A stretch of DNA of 32,000 nt from Candidatus Brocadia sp. Its GTDB lineage: Bacteria; Planctomycetota; Brocadiia; Brocadiales; Brocadiaceae. The stretch spans positions 1,890,001-1,922,000 of the forward strand of contig CP091279.1 in assembly GCA_021650915.1 (NCBI GenBank), written 5' to 3'. The translations under genes and the position numbers were made by a program. The notes below the pieces were generated by a model. It made no database searches. It was not told where the DNA came from and was given only the letters and a program-made list of their open reading frames with translations. Positions 25,991 through 32,000 of the stretch are shown in pieces (position 1 is the first letter of the stretch; each line of letters begins with the position of its first letter).

Positions 25991-26225
25991 GCCAATTTAG
26001 TTTTTTGAAAAATTCCAATAAAGGCGGTGCATACCATACCGCGTAGGGGCAGGTTTGAAACCTGCCCCTACAAGACAATATTATTCCTAGTGTGCAGACA
26101 TATTAATTACAAATTATATATTGTGGACAATTTTAGCTATATCGCGCCGCAAAACAGCATTTATATGTTTCGTTATTAATATGTCTCTACACTAGAGAGA
26201 ATTTTTCAAAAAGCTAAATTGTCAC
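25991..26225. mobile_element. MITE-like element, variant family (TIR CAATTTAG[T/C]TTTTTGAAAAATTC), with nested palindromes
   Basis: The left end is GCCAATTTAGTTTTTTGAAAAATTCC. The reverse complement of the right end is GTGACAATTTAGCTTTTTGAAAAATTCTC, 20/24 identical to the GTAACACTTTAG... TIR. Internal inverted repeats lie at 26087-26107/26175-26195 (19/21), with a hairpin at 26043-26071. Confidence 0.55.
26043..26071. repeat. perfect 13-bp-stem palindrome (GTAGGGGCAGGTT tga AACCTGCCCCTAC), REP-like
   Basis: The stem arms are exact reverse complements and the loop is 3 nt. Confidence 0.7.
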
Positions 26226-26443
26226 AAATTTTGTAACTTTTTCTTCGTGCCCTTCGCGTTCCTTATGGCAAAAAGAGGCACGGGATAAATTGTCTTGAAA
26301 GCCTTGAAAATACTGATAGAATCAAGAGCAATAAAAAGCATTAGGATGCGTAAAAAACCCTGAATAGGTACGCAAAACGATTACCGTGCAAAAGCATTTT
26401 TTCCCCCAACGTTTGATTGGATAAGCCATGAGGTTCTTTTCCC

Positions 26444-29062
26444 ATGATCACTGAGACGCCCATGATGCGGCAATACAATGAGATCAAGAGACAGCATAAG
26501 GACGCGCTGCTTTTTTTCCGGATGGGTGATTTTTATGAACTATTTTTTGAGGACGCAAAACTCGCCTCAAAGGTGCTGGGGATTACTCTCACCGCCCGGT
26601 CCAAAGGTGAGAGCGCAATCCCTATGGCGGGTGTGCCACACCATGCAGCCGAGACGTATATCCGGAGATTGATTAAGGCAGGCCTTAAGGTCGCTATCTG
26701 CGATCAATTACAAGACCCTGATGAGGCAAAGGGAATTGTCGATCGCGGCGTTACCCGGATTATTACCCCCGGGACGGTGACTGAGGACTCCCTGCTGGAG
26801 GATAAAAGCAATAACTACCTCATGGCAATACTGAACACGGGCAATCTGCTGGGATTGTCCTGGATTGATTTATCTACCGGCCAATTTGAAGTAGAGGATA
26901 TCATACGGGAAAGACTCTTTGACGAGTTTGCAAGGCTGAATCCCTCTGAGGTCTTATTGCCTGAGGAAACGGTAAGGAACAACATGTCCTTTATGGAAAA
27001 GATTCGGGTGGAATGCAAGGTGATGATTACCTCACGACCGGACTGGGAGTTTTCCGTAGATACCGCCTATCAGACCCTGGCAGCCCATTTTGGCACGACC
27101 TCCCTGGAAGGGTTTGGTTGCGAAACGATTGGGCCAGCCCTGGGCGCTGCCGGAGCGGTGATCCACTATCTGAAAGAGACACAAAAGACGTCTCTCCGTC
27201 ATATTATTAAAATACAACACCATCAGATAAACAACCGGGTGCTTATGGACAGGGCGACACAGCAAAGTCTGGAGCTGACACAGACCATCAGGAACGGTGA
27301 CCGTGAGGGATCTTTGCTGGGTGTGCTCGATCAGACAAGGACGCCCATGGGTGGTCGGCTGCTCAGGGACTGGGTTATCAGCCCGCTGCGGGTATCTGCC
27401 GATATCAAACACCGTCAGATCGGAATAAAGGAGTTGTTTGAAAATGCCACCCTGCGGCGCGAGATCCGTGAGATACTGGGAGATATCTATGATATTGAAC
27501 GGATTTCCACGAAGATAAGCTGTGGCCGCGCCAATGCCCGTGATCTGGTCAGCCTGAAACAGTCACTCTTAAAGCTCCCCGCGCTGAAGGAAAAATTAGC
27601 GTTTTGTATTGCGGATATCCTGGTTTTTTTAGAGCAGCAACTGGACGTCCTTGAGGAAGTGCGGGTCCTGATCGGCACCGCTATTGTACCTGATCCTCCG
27701 CCCACGATCAAAGAAGGGGGGCTTATCCGGGAAGGCTACGATGCATCACTCGATGAACTGCGATACATGAGCAAAAACGGAAAAAGCTGGATCGCCAATT
27801 TTCAGGCGGAAGAGATCACCAGGACGGGAATTAATTCCCTTAAAGTAGGGTATAACAAGGTATTCGGATATTATATCGAGATCACCAACGTGCACAAGGA
27901 TAACATCCCGCAGACCTATATTCGAAAGCAGACTATCAAGAATGCCGAACGTTTTATTACCCCCGAACTCAAGGAGTATGAGACGAAGGTGCTTACCGCG
28001 GATGAGCGCGCGAAGGACATGGAGTACGATCTCTTCCTCCAGATACGCGAACAGGTCAGTTCCTTTACGGCGAGACTCCAACGGACATCAGAATCAATTG
28101 CGGTTATCGATGCGTTATCAACCCTTGCGAATCTTGCAGCGGAAAACCGGTACGTCATGCCGGAGATTACCGATGATTTGGAATTAAAGATCCTGGACGG
28201 ACGCCACCCCGTGCTGGATCGGCGGCTGGGGGTGGAAAGCTTTGTCCCCAACGATATCCACCTGGATGGAATCCGGGATACCGTTATGGTAATTACCGGC
28301 CCGAATATGGCGGGAAAAAGCACCTACATCCGTCAGGTAGCGCTCCTCGTGCTTATGGCGCAGATGGGGAGCTTTATCCCCGCAAAGGAGGCCGTCATCG
28401 GAACGGTCGACAGGATCTTCACGCGGGTGGGGGCATCAGACGAACTTTCGCGGGGACAGAGCACCTTCATGGTGGAAATGAATGAGACGGCAAATATCCT
28501 CAATAACGCTACCGAACGCAGCCTGATTATCCTGGATGAAGTGGGACGGGGTACGAGCACGTTTGATGGCGTGAGCATTGCATGGGCAATCACGGAATAC
28601 CTCTACCAGCGCATTCATGCCCGTACGCTCTTCGCGACCCACTACCACGAACTTACCGAACTGGCGTTGCTCTTTCCGGGCATCAGGAATTTCAACATCG
28701 CCGTCAGGGAGTGGGGCGAAGAGATTGTTTTTCTGCGGAAAATTGTGGAGGGAGGAACGGATAAAAGTTATGGGATCCACGTTGCGCGGCTTGCAGGAAT
28801 ACCGAAGGAAATTATCCAGCGTGCCCGCATGATCCTTAACAACCTTGAAGCGGCAACACTGGATGTAAACGGCAAGCCTAAATTTGCGCCGTTGAAGGCG
28901 GCTCAGGAGAAGAAACAACCGAAGCAGTTAAAGCTCTTTGCTTCCCGGGAAGACATGATAATCGAAGAGATCAGGAAGCTTGATATTTCCAGGATGGCAC
29001 CCCTCGATGCCCTCAACAAACTTGATGAATTAAAGAAGAAACTGGAGATTTATGAATCGTGA
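26444..29062 (+). CDS. mutS: DNA mismatch repair protein MutS
   Basis: 872 aa. The N-terminus has TPMMRQYNEIK and FFRMGDFYELF. The Walker A motif is GPNMAGKST, followed by STFMVEM, DEVGRGTST and THYHEL. Confidence 0.95.
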   Translation: MITETPMMRQYNEIKRQHKDALLFFRMGDFYELFFEDAKLASKVLGITLTARSKGESAIPMAGVPHHAAETYIRRLIKAGLKVAICDQLQDPDEAKGIVDRGVTRIITPGTVTEDSLLEDKSNNYLMAILNTGNLLGLSWIDLSTGQFEVEDIIRERLFDEFARLNPSEVLLPEETVRNNMSFMEKIRVECKVMITSRPDWEFSVDTAYQTLAAHFGTTSLEGFGCETIGPALGAAGAVIHYLKETQKTSLRHIIKIQHHQINNRVLMDRATQQSLELTQTIRNGDREGSLLGVLDQTRTPMGGRLLRDWVISPLRVSADIKHRQIGIKELFENATLRREIREILGDIYDIERISTKISCGRANARDLVSLKQSLLKLPALKEKLAFCIADILVFLEQQLDVLEEVRVLIGTAIVPDPPPTIKEGGLIREGYDASLDELRYMSKNGKSWIANFQAEEITRTGINSLKVGYNKVFGYYIEITNVHKDNIPQTYIRKQTIKNAERFITPELKEYETKVLTADERAKDMEYDLFLQIREQVSSFTARLQRTSESIAVIDALSTLANLAAENRYVMPEITDDLELKILDGRHPVLDRRLGVESFVPNDIHLDGIRDTVMVITGPNMAGKSTYIRQVALLVLMAQMGSFIPAKEAVIGTVDRIFTRVGASDELSRGQSTFMVEMNETANILNNATERSLIILDEVGRGTSTFDGVSIAWAITEYLYQRIHARTLFATHYHELTELALLFPGIRNFNIAVREWGEEIVFLRKIVEGGTDKSYGIHVARLAGIPKEIIQRARMILNNLEAATLDVNGKPKFAPLKAAQEKKQPKQLKLFASREDMIIEEIRKLDISRMAPLDALNKLDELKKKLEIYES

Positions 29063-29194
29063 TTAAACCGTCTCTGCACGGCACCGATGTCTGACCTGAC
29101 GTCCGGGGTCTTCTTTCTCCTTTCTTAAGTCAGCCATGAAAGCGATTCATTCTCAACCAGAACGAGCCGGAAAAAACGGACAAACGGGAAAATT

Positions 29195-29332
29195 CCGAAG
29201 GGATGTCCTGATTATGCAATTATGGTGAACCCCGTAAGGGGTGGCATACGTATCGCTATTTTCCCGATGTTTCACCCCTTGCGGGGTTGAATAGGGTGGT
29301 GGTTTTTTCTATAATCATGTCATCCCTTCGGG
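29195..29332. repeat. 138-bp imperfect compound palindrome
   Basis: The outer arms 29195-29215 / 29311-29332 match 19/21 (CCGAAGGGATG..TGATTAT). The inner arms 29228-29243 / 29273-29288 match 15/16 (AACCCCGTAAGGGGTG). Each inner arm is itself a small CCCC-loop-GGGG hairpin. Confidence 0.6.
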
Positions 29333-29535
29333 ATTACAGGATCAATATTTTGTTCACTTATTAATGATTGTGAGCGAAAGTGCGCTGAATAGTTGCTAAA
29401 AAATTCCCGCAGGGAAGCTGTTTATGAAGAGCTGGTACAGATTCCGTCGCCGGGCGTTTGGGAGTGTCTTCCCCCGATGCTAAGGCTGATTCGATTTCGG
29501 CTTGCCGTGTTATAGTATTACTGTATAAAAACTTC

Positions 29536-29683
29536 GTAACACTTTAGTTTTTTGAAAAATTACCATAATGATGTTGCCGCACGGTGTAAGGATGAAGCAT
29601 TTGCCAGAAATTGGTATAAATGTATTCATACCCCAAGATGGCAAATGCTTCGCCCCTACTTTTTCAAAAAACTAAAGCGTTAC
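29536..29683 (+). mobile_element. MITE-like element copy A (148 bp)
   Basis: It has 24-bp TIRs, GTAACACTTTAGTTTTTTGAAAAA, with 1 mismatch between the ends. It is flanked by the direct repeat AAAACTTC at 29528-29535 and 29684-29691. An internal 13-bp inverted repeat is GAAGCATTTGCCA/TGGCAAATGCTTC. Confidence 0.8.
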
Positions 29684-29766
29684 AAAACTTCTTTTTTTGT
29701 AAGTTTTTTCACGAATCCCTTTCAGGAGATACCGTTTTTTTATGAGTGAAAGACTACTTCGCTTCG

Positions 29767-29822
29767 CTCGCAATGACAACGTGCAGTGTGCCATCAAAGT
29801 GCATGGTCGCTGTCATTGCGAG
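29767..29822. repeat. inverted repeat CTCGCAATGACA ... TGTCATTGCGAG (12-bp arms, 32-nt spacer)
   Basis: The arms at 29767-29778 and 29811-29822 are exact reverse complements. Confidence 0.5.
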
Positions 29823-30026
29823 GGCCTTTTCCGAAGCAATCTCCCCACTTTCAGAAAGGAAATTTGGTTGCGGCTGTGCTGCGTCAGGGAGTTAGCCTGA
29901 TCGACGAAAAATACCAGACAATTCGCGGTATTACTGTCTTACCCTGATTTGCCATTGACTTTCGTTTTTAAAATGTTTAGCATATTTAATGTCGGTTTTC
30001 TGCTATCAAGTACGTTTGAATTGTTG

Positions 30027-30177
30027 TAACACTTTAGTTTTTTGAAAAAGTAGGGGTGAAGCATTTGCCAGCTTGGGGTATGAATACATTTATACCAATT
30101 TCTGGCAAATGCTTCGCCCTTACACCGTGCGGCAACATCGTTATTATGGTAATTTTTCAAAAAACTAAAGTGTTACA
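30027..30177 (-). mobile_element. MITE-like element copy B (151 bp), inverted relative to copy A
   Basis: Its reverse complement equals copy A except for 5 substitutions and one 3-nt indel. The 24-bp TIRs are perfect. It is flanked by GAATTGTT at 30019-30026 and at 30079+100 (30179-30186), with one extra A at 30178. Confidence 0.8.
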
Positions 30178-30215
30178 GAATTGTTAACACAGGTACGGCG
30201 ATAAGGAGTTTTTGT

Positions 30216-30779
30216 TTGATAGATAAAAAAAAGATACGAGAGTCCATTCGCTTGTTTATTGAAGGCATCGGAGATGATCCGAATCGTGAGGGTCTTATAG
30301 AAACGCCGGAAAGAGTAGCCGATATGTGTGAAGAAATTTTTGCGGGGATCGGACAGGATTCACATACGGAAATCAAGGTGTTGAAGTCAGAAAAGTACGA
30401 TGAAATCGTGCTGATCAAAGATATTCCCTTTTATTCAATATGTGAGCACCATCTCCTCCCGTTCAGCGGGGTAGCGCATGTTGCGTATATTCCCCAGGGA
30501 GACCGGGTAACGGGAATCAGCAAACTGGCGCGGGTTGTGGAAATAGAGGCAAAACGCCTGCAAGTCCAGGAGCGGCTTACCACCGATATTGCGGAGTCTA
30601 TCATGAAGGCATTACGTCCCAAAGGGGTACTCGCCATCATTGAGGCCGAGCATCTCTGCATGACGATGCGGGGCATTAAAAAACCGGGAACCCGGGTGAA
30701 AACCTCCGTTGTGCGCGGTATCTTTCGTGAAAACTCAGCTACCCGTGCGGAGGCCCTGGCGTTAATCAAAGGGCAGTAA
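30216..30779 (+). CDS. folE: GTP cyclohydrolase I
   Basis: 187 aa. REGLIETPERVA, SICEHHLLPF, QVQERLT and EAEHLCMTMRG are present. Confidence 0.95.
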   Translation: MIDKKKIRESIRLFIEGIGDDPNREGLIETPERVADMCEEIFAGIGQDSHTEIKVLKSEKYDEIVLIKDIPFYSICEHHLLPFSGVAHVAYIPQGDRVTGISKLARVVEIEAKRLQVQERLTTDIAESIMKALRPKGVLAIIEAEHLCMTMRGIKKPGTRVKTSVVRGIFRENSATRAEALALIKGQ

Positions 30780-30943
30780 CCACGATATAAGCTGATGAAT
30801 CATCAGTCATATTCTTCCCGACAATAAGGAATACCTTCCACCGCACAATTGGTGCGGGTGTAATCTAACAGTGACGCATCCAGTCAGGTGCCGGCCTCGT
30901 ATGGTATTTTGATGTAACGGAAAACGTTTGCAAGAATATTTAT

Positions 30944-32000
30944 AATGTCTGAAAAAAAATTTATCCTATTCCTTGTTATTACGAGTATTGTTCTCTGGTG
31001 CGGTGCAATCTCCTTTGGCGACGAAGATCCATCCAGGACACAGACACCATCCCCAATGCCACAGACGGGCATTGAGCTCGACTCTCAATTGAGATTCGTG
31101 AGTCTGAGCTTGCAGGAGAGTGTCGCCTATGCCTTGCGCAATAACTTTGATCTTGAGATATCAAGGCTGAATTTAAAGATTCAGGATTATGATATTACAA
31201 AAGAAAAATCCAGGTTCGACCCTGTTCTGAAATTAGAAGGTAATATCCAGGATAGCGAAACACCCAGCAGCAATCTGTTGCAAGTTGGGAGTTCCACGGC
31301 GACGGTTATTAGCCCGTTTGTTATGAACGGGCGCACTGCCGACGCCGTGCTGCAGTCACTTATCCCCACCGGCGCAACCGTGTCTTTGGGATACAATGTA
31401 TTCAGGGAATTTGTAGATCCCAGCCCCTTTCAATTACTCAATCCGTCGTATACCAATTTTATTGAGGCAAGCATTACGCAGCCCTTGCTGAAGGGCGCCG
31501 GATGGTTTTATAACAGGAGCCCCATCTACATAGCCAGAAACAATAAAAAGATCTCTCTGTCTCAATTTAAAAGCAGGATGCTGGAGGTGTCCAATGCCGT
31601 TCAGGAAGCATACTGGAATTATGTGCGGGCAATGGAGAATTTAAAGGTAGCGAAAAAATCCCTGGAGCGCGCAGAGGATTTATTGAGGAAGAACAGAGTG
31701 CAGGTAGAGGTGGGTACCCTTGCGCCGGTCGAAATTATCGATGCCGAATCCGGCGTAGCATCGCGGGTGGAGGCGGTTATTTTGGCGGAAAATACGATCA
31801 GGGACAGAGAGGACGAGTTAAAAAAGATCCTGAATTTTGCCGGCGACGAAATCATCTCTGACGCAACCGTCATTCCCACGGACAAGCCCTCTTTCGAACC
31901 CGAAAAAGTTGAAATGAAGGATACGATCAGGGTCGCCATGGAAAAGCGCCCCGAATTAACGGAACTCCAGCTGGCTACGGAAAATGCTGGCATGCAAACC
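30944..32000 (+). CDS. TolC-family outer-membrane efflux protein (5' part; continues past right edge)
   Basis: My own translation from the ATG at 30944 stays open to the window end. It is absent from the ORF track because there is no stop. It has a signal peptide (MSEKKFILFLVITSIVLWCGAISF) and TolC-like repeats (LSLQESVAYALRNNFDLE...; ITQPLLKGAG; AEDLLRKNRVQVEVGTLAPVEIIDAE). Confidence 0.8.

Noticed and set aside
19561-25992. An alternative, larger IS66-type element bounded by GTAACGTCAAAG (19561) and the MITE-type end ...AAAGTGTTGC (25992). This would make the MITEs its deletion derivatives
   Set aside because: The two ends match at only about 13 of 28 positions. There is no 8-bp duplication (ATCCCAGG versus CAATTTAG). 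The MITE interiors show no similarity to the subterminal sequences of the IS66-type element.
29552-30160. ORFs 29552-29749 (+) and 29939-30160 (-), which encode near-identical peptides (MKNYHN.DVAARCK.EAFARNWYKCIHTP.WQML.PYFFKKLK)
   Set aside because: Both lie entirely on the two inverted MITE copies. The similarity is a consequence of repeated DNA. There is no RBS, and the sequences read through TIRs and hairpins.
1-32000. CRISPR arrays, tRNA, rRNA, tmRNA, RNase P and SRP RNA
   Set aside because: I scanned by eye for regularly spaced direct repeats, T-loop GGTTCGAATCC-type motifs and the conserved RNase P and tmRNA boxes, and found none convincing. GGTTCAATCGG at ~13148 lacks a complementary T-stem or acceptor stem.

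Overview
32-kb bacterial chromosomal window: an ordinary housekeeping backbone invaded at several points by mobile DNA. The taxon cannot be determined from the sequence alone.

Backbone:
- Minus-strand block, 2.7-13.1 kb: HAD-YvcK/CofD-like fusion, nfi, scpB, rnfG-rnfD-rnfC, a class I/II aminotransferase, a SurA/parvulin-type PPIase and a SprT+DUF2786-like protein.
- Plus-strand block, 13.6-19.0 kb: a UbiA-family decaprenyl-phosphate phosphoribosyltransferase-like enzyme, a B12-binding radical SAM enzyme, manC and a secreted multicopper oxidase.
- Then mutS, folE and a TolC-like outer-membrane protein that runs off the right edge.

Mobile layer:
1. Two almost identical, inverted copies of a 1.85-kb IS (546-2394 and 21769-23619). 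Each has its own 6-bp target duplication and a frameshifted DDE transposase.
2. A nested pile-up at about 19.7-26.0 kb. IS copy 2 sits inside the 3' RNA region of a group II intron with an intact RT/maturase. That intron appears to sit antisense inside the 3' end of an IS66-type element.
3. The IS66-type transposase gene is preceded by, and overlaps, a DUF4338 (DruA-like) gene.
4. A family of roughly 150-bp MITE-like elements with 24-bp terminal inverted repeats and 7-8-bp target duplications, plus other long palindromic repeats. These fill the intergenic regions before mutS and between mutS and folE.

I found no tRNA, rRNA or CRISPR array. All family assignments are by-eye motif recognition, and no searches were run.
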